Source: a bacterium (GTDB lineage Bacteria > Patescibacteriota > Microgenomatia > UBA1400 > UBA12108). Taken from it: a stretch of 64,000 bases of DNA. The notes beneath the pieces were generated by a model. That model saw only the letters and a program-made list of their open reading frames with translations. It made no database searches and was not told the origin of the DNA. The position numbers were made by a program, and so were the translations under genes. The DNA is taken from positions 70,113 through 134,112 of the forward strand of contig JAJYKS010000001.1 of the NCBI GenBank assembly GCA_021788365.1. Reading direction: 5' to 3'. This document shows, in pieces, positions 35,034 to 44,374 of the stretch; position 1 is the stretch's first letter, and every line of letters starts with the position of its first letter.

Positions 35034-37907
35034 GTGAGCACAGCCACGATTACACCCATACCGACTGCCACTTTATCCTCAACTGATCTTGAGCAGCTGC
35101 AGCTACTTCATCAAATCCAGAACCACGTTATGTCTGTAAATCATGCATTCCTGCTTACGGTAGCACTTGGACTACCACTTCCGATTAGCTGGCGATTGGC
35201 GTTTTACCACTTTTTAATCTCATTACCATTTCCCGCGCTTTCTCCTGTAGGTTTTACTCTCCTTGTTGTTCTTGGGCCGATTGTTACCATTCTTTTCCTT
35301 GTTCTTATTGTGAAGGTCATCGTTTGGTTTATTCGAACAGTAATTCCTTTTGCTGCCTCCAAAACAATGAAAACAACTCGTACGAATACCTATTTGGAAT
35401 TAACCTTTCCTGCCGATACCAGTAAATCCGCGTATGCTACCGAACAGTTGTATACACTAATTCACACCCTGGCCAAAAGAATATCATCTGCCGATTCGTT
35501 TCTGGGAAGAAAGAAACAGTTTTCGCTTGAGATTGTTTCAACCAAAAAAGAGGGAATCCGTTATTTGATGGTGGCGCCTGAGAAAGATGCCGAGATTTTA
35601 AAACGAAGTCTGTTATCGTATTTACCCGGTATAAAAATCAGTAAAGTTGACGATTACCTCACCGAGAAAAGAAGTGCCAGTGATGTAAGTAAAACAATTG
35701 TTGATCTGAAATTATCCAGTCATTTTGCCTTGCCTTTGACCAAACAGAAATCGTTATCTGAAAACGATCCTATTTCATATCTCACCGGTCAAATGGCGTC
35801 TTTAGAGGTTGGGAGCTTGGTTGCCTTTCAGTTAATTGCCACACCAGTACTAAATTCTTTCCATCAAAGCCAGGTCAAAGAAATGTACACGCTCCGACAA
35901 AAGATGTATGGGTCAGAAGCGTTAACTCCGGTATTACAAAAAGGACTTTTTGACCAACTCGCCACTATTCCGGTACTTTCCATTTTTGTTTTAGCGATTG
36001 AGGTTGTGTGGAAGATAGTTTCATTCGCTTTTATGTTTGTCTTTAGTATGTTTTTGGGATTTATCGATCCTCAAAGTAAATCCATACCGTTTTTAATGAC
36101 AACACAGGCTCTAGATAAGGCAATTCCCAGGGAGATATTAAACCCGTACGAGCAGGAGCTAAAAACGGTCGTCAAAGAGAAAATCGATCAACAGTTATTT
36201 GAATGCTCAATACGGATTCTGATTATGGGAAAGGACCAAGCTGATATTGAGAGTCGGTTAGAGGGGATTATGTCGTCGTTTGGCATGATGAGTAGCGCGT
36301 ATCAGTCGATCGTTGCTAAAAGCTCATTTATTGCACATTCTTTTGCCAGACGGTTTGCTGATTTTTCCCAAAGAAGGTTGTCTACAAATACCGGTTTTAA
36401 TCAAAATCCCATTCTTTCTGCCTCAGAACTATCCGATATTTACCATTTCCCATATACCGATACGACCAAAACAGAAGATTTGGTAAAAGTTCATAGCCGG
36501 GATTTACCGGCGCCCTTATCCCTGAAACAGGGAAAAAGATTGGACGTCGTTTTCGGTCGGAATAGCTACGGCAGCCAGACAACCGATATTGGCCTTACCG
36601 ATGATGACCGTTCCCGCCACGTCTACATTCTTGGCCAAACTGGTTCGGGTAAGACAACTATTATTTTCCATATGGCCAAAGGAGACATTCAAAAAGGCCG
36701 AGGCTTGGCTGTTATTGATCCTCATGGTGATTTAGCAGAGGATTTGCTGGCTACTATTCCTCCTGATAGGAAAAACGATCTTGTTTATCTTAATCCCTAT
36801 GATCTGAAATACCCGATCGGAATTAACCTTTTGGAACTGACGCCCAACCAAGACGAGGGTATGATGGAACTCGAAAAAGAACTAGTTTGTGAAGGCGTTA
36901 TTTCAATCTTTCGCCGCGTGTTTTCAAAAGATGAAAATGTCGACGCTCACCGGATCGAGTATATTTTGCGAAATACGATCTATACGGCCTTTACGGTTCC
37001 AAGCGCAACGCTTTTTACGATCTATGATCTATTAAATAACCCGCAATATCAAAAAAGCATAGTGAATAAACTCCATGACGAAAATCTGAAGAATTTTTGG
37101 AAATCAGAGTTTGGTCGGGCTGGCAACTATCAGATAGTGAAAATGGTATCCGGCGTGACAGCAAAAGTCGGAAGGTTCTTGTTTTCTCCTATTGCCAAAA
37201 GAATTCTGGAGCAGCCCAAATCGACCATTAACTTCGATAAGATTTTGGATGAGCAAAAAATTCTTATCTGTAACCTGTCCGAAGGAAAAATCTCGGAGGA
37301 CACAATGCAGCTACTGGGAATGACGATCGTTACTAAAATTCATCAGGCGGCCCTGCGACGGGCAAGAGTGAGTGCCAAACAAAGAACACCGTTTTATCTC
37401 TTTATCGACGAATTCCAGAATTTTGCTACCGCTTCATTTACCAGACTGCTATCCGGTGGACGAAAATTCGGCTTGAGACTAACTGTCGCTGAACAATCAA
37501 CCTCCCAACAGGAAGATAGGAATGTTGTGAATGTTATTCTAGCTAACGTCGGAACCGTTATTTGTTTTCGAACGGCAAGCCCGATTGATGAAAACCTCAT
37601 GCTTGCCCAGTTTTCTCCCTACGTTAAACCAGGAGAAATTGTCAATCTGCCACGATACAAGTTCTTTATGAAAATGTCAGCCATTGAGCCGGAGGAACCG
37701 TTCTCAGGAACCACACTCTCTATTGAGGAAAAGCGCAACCAGGACAAAATTAACGGCCTAATTGAATCCTCAAGGCGTAACTGGGCAAAAAAATACGTGC
37801 CGAAAGAACCAGTTGTCGTTCCAGTGGATAATAATCAACAAAAGATTGTTAAACAGGACAGCACACCTTCTAAAAGAGGTGGATTACCAGGTTCGAAAAG
37901 GAGATAA
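35034..37907 (+). CDS. type IV coupling protein-like P-loop ATPase (VirD4/TraD/TrwB-HerA superfamily) with N-terminal TM anchor
   Basis: N-terminal TM helices; Walker A HVYILGQTGSGKTT followed by VIDPHGDL (cf. TrwB VIVDPNGD / HerA VIDPHGEY); Walker B/DEFQNF region; basic C-terminal tail. Confidence 0.6.
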   Translation: MSTATITPIPTATLSSTDLEQLQLLHQIQNHVMSVNHAFLLTVALGLPLPISWRLAFYHFLISLPFPALSPVGFTLLVVLGPIVTILFLVLIVKVIVWFIRTVIPFAASKTMKTTRTNTYLELTFPADTSKSAYATEQLYTLIHTLAKRISSADSFLGRKKQFSLEIVSTKKEGIRYLMVAPEKDAEILKRSLLSYLPGIKISKVDDYLTEKRSASDVSKTIVDLKLSSHFALPLTKQKSLSENDPISYLTGQMASLEVGSLVAFQLIATPVLNSFHQSQVKEMYTLRQKMYGSEALTPVLQKGLFDQLATIPVLSIFVLAIEVVWKIVSFAFMFVFSMFLGFIDPQSKSIPFLMTTQALDKAIPREILNPYEQELKTVVKEKIDQQLFECSIRILIMGKDQADIESRLEGIMSSFGMMSSAYQSIVAKSSFIAHSFARRFADFSQRRLSTNTGFNQNPILSASELSDIYHFPYTDTTKTEDLVKVHSRDLPAPLSLKQGKRLDVVFGRNSYGSQTTDIGLTDDDRSRHVYILGQTGSGKTTIIFHMAKGDIQKGRGLAVIDPHGDLAEDLLATIPPDRKNDLVYLNPYDLKYPIGINLLELTPNQDEGMMELEKELVCEGVISIFRRVFSKDENVDAHRIEYILRNTIYTAFTVPSATLFTIYDLLNNPQYQKSIVNKLHDENLKNFWKSEFGRAGNYQIVKMVSGVTAKVGRFLFSPIAKRILEQPKSTINFDKILDEQKILICNLSEGKISEDTMQLLGMTIVTKIHQAALRRARVSAKQRTPFYLFIDEFQNFATASFTRLLSGGRKFGLRLTVAEQSTSQQEDRNVVNVILANVGTVICFRTASPIDENLMLAQFSPYVKPGEIVNLPRYKFFMKMSAIEPEEPFSGTTLSIEEKRNQDKINGLIESSRRNWAKKYVPKEPVVVPVDNNQQKIVKQDSTPSKRGGLPGSKRR

Positions 37908-38016
37908 AAAAAGTGTCCGCGTGTAGACACTAAAATAAACAAATAATAAGGCTAAAGTATCGATAATTACATCCTTATATCTTTATATATACATATAACT
38001 GGATACAATTAACTAT

Positions 38017-38790
38017 ATGTCTATTACTAATTGCTCAAAATCAGAACAACGAATTATTTCCTTTCTTTACTCATTCCGTTATTTACAAATTAAACAGATA
38101 CAAAAGTTATTTGATCATAAATCACCCAATCGAATTAAAATCTGGCTTAAACATTTACTGACAAATCATTTTATTTATGCCATTACAAACAAAAAAGACA
38201 GAACGAAACCGTATATTTATTGTTTGGATCAAAAAGCAAGCAAAATAGTAAGTGAGGTGATAAAAAAGGAAGATTTGGATAAAAGTTTTACCAATCGGAT
38301 ATACAAGGAAAAATCGTACAGCAGGAAGTTTATCAACAGAAACCTTTTTATCGTTGACTGTTATTTATATTTCTTAAAACATAAAGAAAAAGATTCAACG
38401 ATAAACTTTTTTACGAGACAAGATCTGTATGGCTATTCCTATTTCCCAAAACCCTTGCCAGACAGCTATATCGATGAGGAGGTAAAAACCGGACATAACA
38501 GATATTTCCTTGAGGTTTTTAGCTATAACGTTCCTATCAAATATCACTTTCAAAGAATTGAATACTATTTTGATTACTTTGATGATGGGCAGTGGAAAGA
38601 AAATACCAATGGCGCACCATTCCCGTCGCTTCTGATCGTGTGTGCCAATAACCAGTTAAAAAGAAAAATTTTCTTTCATGCAAAATCACTATTGGAACGA
38701 TCGTATGATGAAATTAGTGTCTTTCTAGCCACGGCCGACAAGATTACTCGGAATGATGAGAATGTTTGGGATGAAGTTAGAGTTGACTGA
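38017..38790 (+). CDS. replication-relaxation family protein (candidate relaxase)
   Basis: N-terminal wHTH QRIISFLYSFRYLQIKQIQKLF typical of Replic_Relax proteins of mobilizable elements. Confidence 0.55.
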   Translation: MSITNCSKSEQRIISFLYSFRYLQIKQIQKLFDHKSPNRIKIWLKHLLTNHFIYAITNKKDRTKPYIYCLDQKASKIVSEVIKKEDLDKSFTNRIYKEKSYSRKFINRNLFIVDCYLYFLKHKEKDSTINFFTRQDLYGYSYFPKPLPDSYIDEEVKTGHNRYFLEVFSYNVPIKYHFQRIEYYFDYFDDGQWKENTNGAPFPSLLIVCANNQLKRKIFFHAKSLLERSYDEISVFLATADKITRNDENVWDEVRVD

Positions 38791-38835
38791 TGAAGTAGAC
38801 CAAAAAATCGCAGATAAGAGTGATTAAGAGTTATA

Positions 38836-39228
38836 TTACAGATAAACAGCTTCTCCCACCTTAAATGCCAGCAGCGCGACGTCTTCTTTAATGTTATTCA
38901 CGCCTTTATTCCCCATGTACACTATGGCGTGAGTAGTACCGGTAATTATTTGTAGGGTCCCGTTAGCTACACTGTGAGTTGCATTACCGAAACGATTAAA
39001 GCCCTCTTCAAAACCACCCACGGCGGAGCTCAATCTACTTGCTAAGGCTACGTGTGTTTTTTCAACTCCGGTTGCCACAGCTTCCTGTAAGTTACCAAAA
39101 GCAAGGGCCGTAGTTTTCTTTACATCGCCAGTTACGTTGGTAGCTGCCTCAGAAATATCGGAAGCAGTCTTGCCGATAACTTTGAGGGCAGTCTTGGCAA
39201 CGCCCGGTGCAACATCTGTCAATGCCAA
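38836..39228 (-). CDS. hypothetical protein (weak; lies in a higher-GC patch between the two relaxase copies)
   Basis: 130-aa Ala/Gly/Thr-rich ORF; composition differs from the surrounding AT-rich DNA. Confidence 0.25.
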   Translation of the reverse strand: MALTDVAPGVAKTALKVIGKTASDISEAATNVTGDVKKTTALAFGNLQEAVATGVEKTHVALASRLSSAVGGFEEGFNRFGNATHSVANGTLQIITGTTHAIVYMGNKGVNNIKEDVALLAFKVGEAVYL

Positions 39229-39262
39229 ACTTGGCTTTTATACCAAAGTTGACCTTTTCGGC

Positions 39263-39625
39263 ATGAGATATATGATTCGCCCCGAACCATCCTGTTACTT
39301 GTCTATTGAAGACACTAATAAAGTGATTAAGCGACATTTTTTAGACATTTTTGACTATTTTGTGCCTGATGACTTATATAAACGGATTGATAAGTATATG
39401 TATTATTTTGAGAAACGCTTTTGGCAAGAGAATACGGATAAGCAATTCCCAGAAATTATCCCTGTTTGTCCGAATAAAGCTGCCAAAACCTTCCTTGAGA
39501 AAACAATTGCCAGAAGACTAAAAGAAAAAGAATTACTCATAGGTTTTTATTTATCCAGCTGGGAAGAGATTAGGCAGTATGGAATGTGTAGGCAAGCGTT
39601 ACATAAAGTTGAAATGGAAAATTAA
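39263..39625 (+). pseudogene. truncated second copy of the replication-relaxation gene (C-terminal half only)
   Basis: FLDIFDYFVPDDLYKRIDKYMYYFEKRFWQENTDKQFPEIIPVCPNKAAK aligns with YFLEVFSYNVPIKYHFQRIEYYFDYFDDGQWKENTNGAPFPSLLIVCANNQLK of the full-length copy. Confidence 0.5.
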
Positions 39626-39694
39626 ACAAATTAATTTTGCTAGTAGTACAATTCGCTGATTTGAAAATCGTTTGTAAGCAAAAGGACTATAAAC

Positions 39695-40099
39695 TTAAAA
39701 AGTTTTAGAAAGCGGAGTGAGTTCGGCAGTTTGCGTTGCCTCATTGCTCAACACCGCGCCCTTGTACGGCAAAATAGCTTGTATCATTTTGTCGGTATTG
39801 GTTTTGCTTGCGTCGTATACAACTTCGCCTCTGCCATCAACTGTTCCGTTCACAACTTCTTTGCCGACAAAACCAACGGTCGCATTCACAACACCAGGTG
39901 TATCCTTGAGGGCATTTTCTACATTGTAAGGGCAGGATGCGCAGTCCATTCCATCAATCTTTAGCGCAACGTGGCGCAAGTTATTCGTATTTGCCGCTTG
40001 CGTAGTGTTTGCTGGGTTGGCGTTGTGCGTTGCCAAACGAAAGCCGATAACACCGATCAAAACGAGAGGGACTGCGATTAAAACAAGTTTCTTGTTCAT
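39695..40099 (-). CDS. merP: MerP-like periplasmic heavy-metal-binding protein (HMA domain)
   Basis: Signal/TM helix then GMDCASC metal-binding motif in a ferredoxin-like HMA fold; last gene of the mer operon. Confidence 0.65.
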   Translation of the reverse strand: MNKKLVLIAVPLVLIGVIGFRLATHNANPANTTQAANTNNLRHVALKIDGMDCASCPYNVENALKDTPGVVNATVGFVGKEVVNGTVDGRGEVVYDASKTNTDKMIQAILPYKGAVLSNEATQTAELTPLSKTF

Positions 40100-40101
40100 A
40101 G

Positions 40102-40473
40102 TTAGTAAAGGTATTTATAAACGAGCGGCGCGAGAATAGGCACGAGCACGAATGTGAACAAAAGATACAGTGCAATCATCACACAGAGAGCAATCACAAC
40201 CTGCACCGCTATTTTCTTATTGTCGAGCTTGCCCGATCCGTCTCCGCAATTGCAAACGGCCTTTTGTTTCTTTCTGAAATAGAACCAACCGGCGATAACA
40301 AAAAACAGAAGCGCGCCGACAAGGAAGTAAGGTTTGTTATAGCCGATTGAGAGGATGCTTCCCGCAGTACCTACTCCAAGCGCAATCAGAATAAGAGGGC
40401 CGAGGCAGCAGAGCGAAGCGAGGAATGCTCCTATAATCCCGATTTTGAGAAATGTTTTGTCGTCGTTGTTCAT
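40102..40473 (-). CDS. merT: mercuric ion transport protein MerT
   Basis: First TM helix LASLCCLGPLILIALG (MerT Cys-Cys pair), second cytoplasmic pair CNCGDGSG, 3 TM, ~120 aa. Confidence 0.8.
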   Translation of the reverse strand: MNNDDKTFLKIGIIGAFLASLCCLGPLILIALGVGTAGSILSIGYNKPYFLVGALLFFVIAGWFYFRKKQKAVCNCGDGSGKLDNKKIAVQVVIALCVMIALYLLFTFVLVPILAPLVYKYLY

Positions 40474-41873
40474 ATGCAGCAGCTTAATTTTGAAATGTCT
40501 TTGGTAAAAGACAGTGCTACGATTTTTATTGCTTCGGAAAGCGTCGGGAACATCGGCAGAGAATTCACTACATCGTCAATGGTATTTTTGTTTTTCACCA
40601 ATATCATAGCTTCGGCGATAAGCTCTCCGGCATTCGGCGCGAGAATATGCACGCCGAGAATTTGTTTTGTCTGGGGGTGAATCGCCATTTTGATAAGCCC
40701 CTCGGTTCGTCGCATGATGATTGCCTTTGGCACATCCTCAAACGAAACCGTGCGGCAGGCGCAAACGCCCATTTGCTTCATTTGCTCGTCCTCGGTAAAA
40801 CCGACACCGGCAAGCTGGGGATCGGTAAAAATGGTATAGGGCACAGCGTTGTAATCAACAGAAAGTGTTGTGCCCTTGAGCGCGTTTTCTGCCGCAAGCG
40901 TTCCCTCGCGTCCGGCAGTTGGTTCAAGCCGCAAGGGCCCGCTTGTAACATCGCCGACCGCAAAAATATTTTTGGTGGAAGTTTGAAAATACTGATTGAC
41001 GACAATCGCTTGCCCTTTGTTTACTTCAACACCGACAACATCAAGACCGAGTCCTTGCGTGTTGGGCGTTTTGCCTACCGCCAAAAGTATTTCATCAGCG
41101 GATATTTCCTCTTGCACCCCTCCGATTTGATACGAGACAACTTTTTTATCGCCCTCTTTGCGCGCGCTTTTTACCTCAACATTTGTTTCGACTGTTATCC
41201 CTTCCTTTGAGAGTATCTCGGCGAGGCGATCAGTAAGTATTTTTTCAGAGTGCGGAAAAATTGAATCGCCGCGCTGCAAAATGGTTACTTTCGTGCCAAA
41301 GCGGGAAAACATTTGAGCAAATTCCAAGCCAAGCGGCCCCGAGCCGATAACGATTAACTCCTTTGGCTGCTTTTCCATTTTCAACGCTTTGATATGCGTA
41401 ACAAATCCAGTTTCTCGGATGCCTTCAATCGGCGGCACATTGGCGGTAGAGCCGGTGGCAATAACAAATTTTTCTGCACTTAACTTTTCGCCGTTCACTT
41501 CGATCTTGTTTTGAGAGATAAATTTTGCCTTCCCCTCGATTGCCGTTACATACTCTAAATTTTTCAGCACCTTTTCGTATTTCTCTTGGCGCAACTTTTC
41601 CACAAGCGAGAGTTCGTCTTGCACGACTTTTTGAAAATCAAAATTTTTTACTTCAAGCTCAACGCCGGCAACGCGGTGATGTTTGGCGTGGTGTAAAATT
41701 TCACCGGCGTACAAAAGCGTTTTTGACGGTACACAGCCAACATTGACGCAGGTGCCGCCGAGCGGGAGTCCGGCGTTCGCAAGGGCAGTTTTTGCCTTGA
41801 GTTCATTAGCCCGGATTGCCGCCGCAAACGCGCCTGCTCCGCCACCGATAACGATAAGGTCAAATGTTTTCAT
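40470..41873 (-). CDS. merA: mercuric reductase MerA (core enzyme, no NmerA domain)
   Basis: FAD-binding GGGAGAFAAA, redox-active GGTCVNVGCVPSK, C-terminal Cys pair ...KLSCCI, pyridine nucleotide-disulfide oxidoreductase dimerization domain. Confidence 0.9.
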   Translation of the reverse strand: MKTFDLIVIGGGAGAFAAAIRANELKAKTALANAGLPLGGTCVNVGCVPSKTLLYAGEILHHAKHHRVAGVELEVKNFDFQKVVQDELSLVEKLRQEKYEKVLKNLEYVTAIEGKAKFISQNKIEVNGEKLSAEKFVIATGSTANVPPIEGIRETGFVTHIKALKMEKQPKELIVIGSGPLGLEFAQMFSRFGTKVTILQRGDSIFPHSEKILTDRLAEILSKEGITVETNVEVKSARKEGDKKVVSYQIGGVQEEISADEILLAVGKTPNTQGLGLDVVGVEVNKGQAIVVNQYFQTSTKNIFAVGDVTSGPLRLEPTAGREGTLAAENALKGTTLSVDYNAVPYTIFTDPQLAGVGFTEDEQMKQMGVCACRTVSFEDVPKAIIMRRTEGLIKMAIHPQTKQILGVHILAPNAGELIAEAMILVKNKNTIDDVVNSLPMFPTLSEAIKIVALSFTKDISKLSCCI

Positions 41874-42177
41874 AATAGTTGATTCTTTCTTTCATCACCC
41901 CGACAATAGGTGATTTTTTGAGTTTATAATAAACAGTGCGAAATTCGCGGCGGCTCTCCACCATATCCGCCTTGTGGAGTTTGTGGAGCGTGTGAGAAAC
42001 GGCAGAGACCGAAACACCGACAACTTCGGCAATGTCTCCCACAGAAAGCTCTTTGTGACGGCATAGGAGATAACAGATTTTCAGCCGCGTGGGATCGCCG
42101 ACCATGTTAAATTCTCGCGCGCAAGCGAGAATCGCGTCTTTATTCTTGAGTTCTTTTTTGAGTTTATCCTTTTTCAT
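41860..42177 (-). CDS. ArsR/SmtB-family metalloregulatory repressor
   Basis: ACAREFNMVGDPTRLKICYLL...LSVGDIAEVVGVSVSAVSHTLHKL. Start set at the internal Met (MKKDKL). The stop overlaps the merA start. Confidence 0.75.
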   Translation of the reverse strand: MKKDKLKKELKNKDAILACAREFNMVGDPTRLKICYLLCRHKELSVGDIAEVVGVSVSAVSHTLHKLHKADMVESRREFRTVYYKLKKSPIVGVMKERINYYENI

Positions 42178-42195
42178 ACTTGAATCTATATTCAA
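42178..42195 (-). promoter_or_regulatory. candidate ArsR operator (inverted repeat TTGAAT-N4-ATTCAA) abutting the arsR start
   Basis: Plus strand cTTGAATctatATTCAAa directly upstream of the arsR ATG. Confidence 0.25.
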
Positions 42196-42347
42196 ATGAT
42201 AGCAGACGGAAAGAAAAAGGACAACAAGTATTTTGTGCACAGGGAGTTCCTTAACCTTTTCCGCGCAGGAAGAGTGGGTAGGAAAAGAAAAAGGACTATA
42301 AAAAAACCGCAAGCGTAAGAGATTAGTCTCCCGCCTGCGGCCAAGAG

Positions 42348-42653
42348 CTACTCCTTCATTATTTCCGATAACCGACATGGGGTAAAATACCAGTCTCGCT
42401 CGACTGGTAGCCCTAATTTGCCTTTATTATTCTGCAGTTCGGATAGACTAAAGTATCCAAGCTCTTTTTCGAACCCGTCCACCAATCCATAGAACAAGTC
42501 ATTGCCGTCAAATTCAATAGCGTACCATGTCCAGGAAAAATTCGGATAGAAAAACTTAGCAATCACCACCGGATCCTTGACTTCCTCCTGTGAGTAAAGT
42601 GGCGGTAATTTACCACGCAATTCTTTGGTTAACAATTCCATAATTTTCACCAC
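42348..42653 (-). CDS. DUF2958-family protein (common on conjugative plasmids and ICEs)
   Basis: FSWTWYAIEFDGNDLFYGLVDGFEKELGYFSLSEL matches the DUF2958 core. Confidence 0.55.
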   Translation of the reverse strand: MVKIMELLTKELRGKLPPLYSQEEVKDPVVIAKFFYPNFSWTWYAIEFDGNDLFYGLVDGFEKELGYFSLSELQNNKGKLGLPVERDWYFTPCRLSEIMKE

Positions 42654-42931
42654 CTTTCTAAAATTAAATAATCTGGATCAGGAATGTTTGTCCTGTCCAT
42701 TGAAAACGGGGCATGGGGTGAAAAACAGATGTCAAAAGTTTTTTAGAAGTTTATGAAGAAAAAAGGATTTTAACGCCTGTCAGAAAAATGCGTACCTTAG
42801 CAACATTCTCTTATTTAAATTGCATTTTTCTACAGGCTTAAACACCCACCTTTTGATAGATGTTTTGAACCCCATATAATGAGAAGAAACAGGACAGGAC
42901 AAAAAGCTCTTGTACTCTAATATAACGTATT

Positions 42932-42944
42932 CTACAATGTGTAG
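42932..42944. promoter_or_regulatory. BlaI/CopY-type operator-like palindrome CTACA-atg-TGTAG
   Basis: Perfect 5-bp inverted repeat 4 nt upstream of the blaI-like ATG; TACA/TGTA half-sites as in BlaI/MecI/CopY boxes. Confidence 0.4.
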
Positions 42945-42947
42945 TAT

Positions 42948-43328
42948 ATGAGACCAAAAGCGTTGAGTAATCTCGAACTAGAAATTATGAAGGTGGTTTG
43001 GGAGTGTCAGCGATGTTCAGTACGTGATGTATTAAGGCAGGTAGGCAACAGCCGTAAACTAGCTTATACGACTGTGGCTACCATTCTTCAGCGACTGCAT
43101 AAAAAAGGACTCGTTGAGAGAAAAAGTGACAAACTTGCATATATTTATTCCCCAATGCTATCCAAAAAATCATACGGTAAACAACTGACAGAGTTATTTA
43201 TCAAAAGATTTGTCAGGTCCTTTGGTGATGTGGCGATTGCCTCGTTTGCAGAAGGGATAGAAAGTCTGCCTCTGCAAAAAAGAAACAATTTACTGACACA
43301 ACTTCAGAACTATGATAAATCAAAATAA
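42948..43328 (+). CDS. BlaI/MecI/CopY-family transcriptional repressor
   Basis: LSNLELEIMKVVWECQRCSVRDVLRQV...YTTVATILQRLHKKGLVERK is a penicillinase-repressor-type winged helix. Confidence 0.8.
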   Translation: MRPKALSNLELEIMKVVWECQRCSVRDVLRQVGNSRKLAYTTVATILQRLHKKGLVERKSDKLAYIYSPMLSKKSYGKQLTELFIKRFVRSFGDVAIASFAEGIESLPLQKRNNLLTQLQNYDKSK

Positions 43329-44307
43329 ATATCTCCTCTTATTTTTGGGTCTGCTTTTTCTCCTTGGCATTGGTGTGGTGATTGACCTCGGCAAAGTGCT
43401 TCATTTGACTTTTCAGCATACTGCCTATTATTGTCAGGCATTCATAAAGTCATTCTCGCTAAGAATTCCTCACAGCTTAGGAACATTCCTTCTTTTTTTT
43501 ATCGGAGCCAGCGTCATGGCGGCAGCAGTGAAATTATTGAGCGCGTATATTCAGATTCATACAATGAAAAGATCACTTCGTCGGAACGTTATTGTTAATG
43601 AAAGTTTTCAGTTGATTTTGAAAGGGCTTAACCTAACCCATCAGGCACTACTAATAAAAGACAATAAACCATTTGCGTTTTGTTTTGGCCTACGGCGTCC
43701 GAAAATTTATCTTTCTACTAAGATGTACAACCTATTGGAGCAAAAGGAATTAGAAGCGGTACTCTTGCATGAAAGCTACCATTTACAAAAGAGCGATACC
43801 TTAACCCTGTTTGTGGCATCTTTTGTACAATTTCTCTTTCCTTTTTTTCCTGTAGTTTCAGATCTTGTCCGAAACTACAGAATAGAGCGAGAATTAAATG
43901 CCGACAAGGAAGCTCTTAAATCTATTAGCGATCCTGATATCCTTTTAAATACTTTTAAAAAGCTTTTCGTATATACAAATACTAATCCGGCATTTGTTTC
44001 AGCGATTATAGATAGCGAAACAATAGAATCTCGTATAAAGGCCCTTACAGCGCAAAACTTTTTGTGGCGGAAGTTTAGTACGAAAAATATGTTTATTTCT
44101 CTCCTTTCGTTTTCAATCTTCTATTTACTGGCGCTTGCACCCGTCTTTGCGATAAAACAAAATAATAAAAATAGTGAAGTAATGATATGCACAGTAAGCA
44201 ATGATTGTTCTCGTTGGTGTAGAGAGCATAGTACTGTTACTCCAAACATACCTTCTAGATCTCCAAATACATCATATCCCTATACCCCCGTCGTTCACTC
44301 CATATAG
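43312..44307 (+). CDS. BlaR1/MecR1-type M56 membrane metalloprotease without a beta-lactam sensor domain
   Basis: KPFAFCFGLRRPKIYLSTKMYNLLEQKELEAVLLHESYHLQKSD (HExxH) matches M56; 4+ TM; Cys-rich C-terminal tail (CTVSNDCSRWCREHS). Confidence 0.8.
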   Translation: MINQNKYLLLFLGLLFLLGIGVVIDLGKVLHLTFQHTAYYCQAFIKSFSLRIPHSLGTFLLFFIGASVMAAAVKLLSAYIQIHTMKRSLRRNVIVNESFQLILKGLNLTHQALLIKDNKPFAFCFGLRRPKIYLSTKMYNLLEQKELEAVLLHESYHLQKSDTLTLFVASFVQFLFPFFPVVSDLVRNYRIERELNADKEALKSISDPDILLNTFKKLFVYTNTNPAFVSAIIDSETIESRIKALTAQNFLWRKFSTKNMFISLLSFSIFYLLALAPVFAIKQNNKNSEVMICTVSNDCSRWCREHSTVTPNIPSRSPNTSYPYTPVVHSI

Positions 44308-44314
44308 TTTCGTC

Positions 44315-44354
44315 TTGACAACTATTTAATTATCTACTACATTTAGTAGTAGAT
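44315..44354 (+). promoter_or_regulatory. candidate promoter (TTGACA-N17-TACATT) overlapping palindrome ATCTACTAC-attta-GTAGTAGAT
   Basis: 9-bp perfect inverted repeat seen in sequence; shares a CTACA-N3-xGTAG core with the site at 42932. Confidence 0.4.
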
Positions 44355-44374
44355 CGGTTGATAAATTCCCTGAA

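Noticed and set aside
39137-39262. N-terminal 42 codons of the 162-aa ORF preceding the relaxase fragment
   Set aside because: There is no homology to the relaxase N-terminus. The patch is GC-rich and is likely a fortuitous in-frame extension into inserted DNA.
42178-42378. 67-aa N-terminal extension of the ArsR ORF
   Set aside because: ArsR homology begins at the internal MKKDKL. The extension is hydrophobic and low-complexity and overlaps the putative operator.
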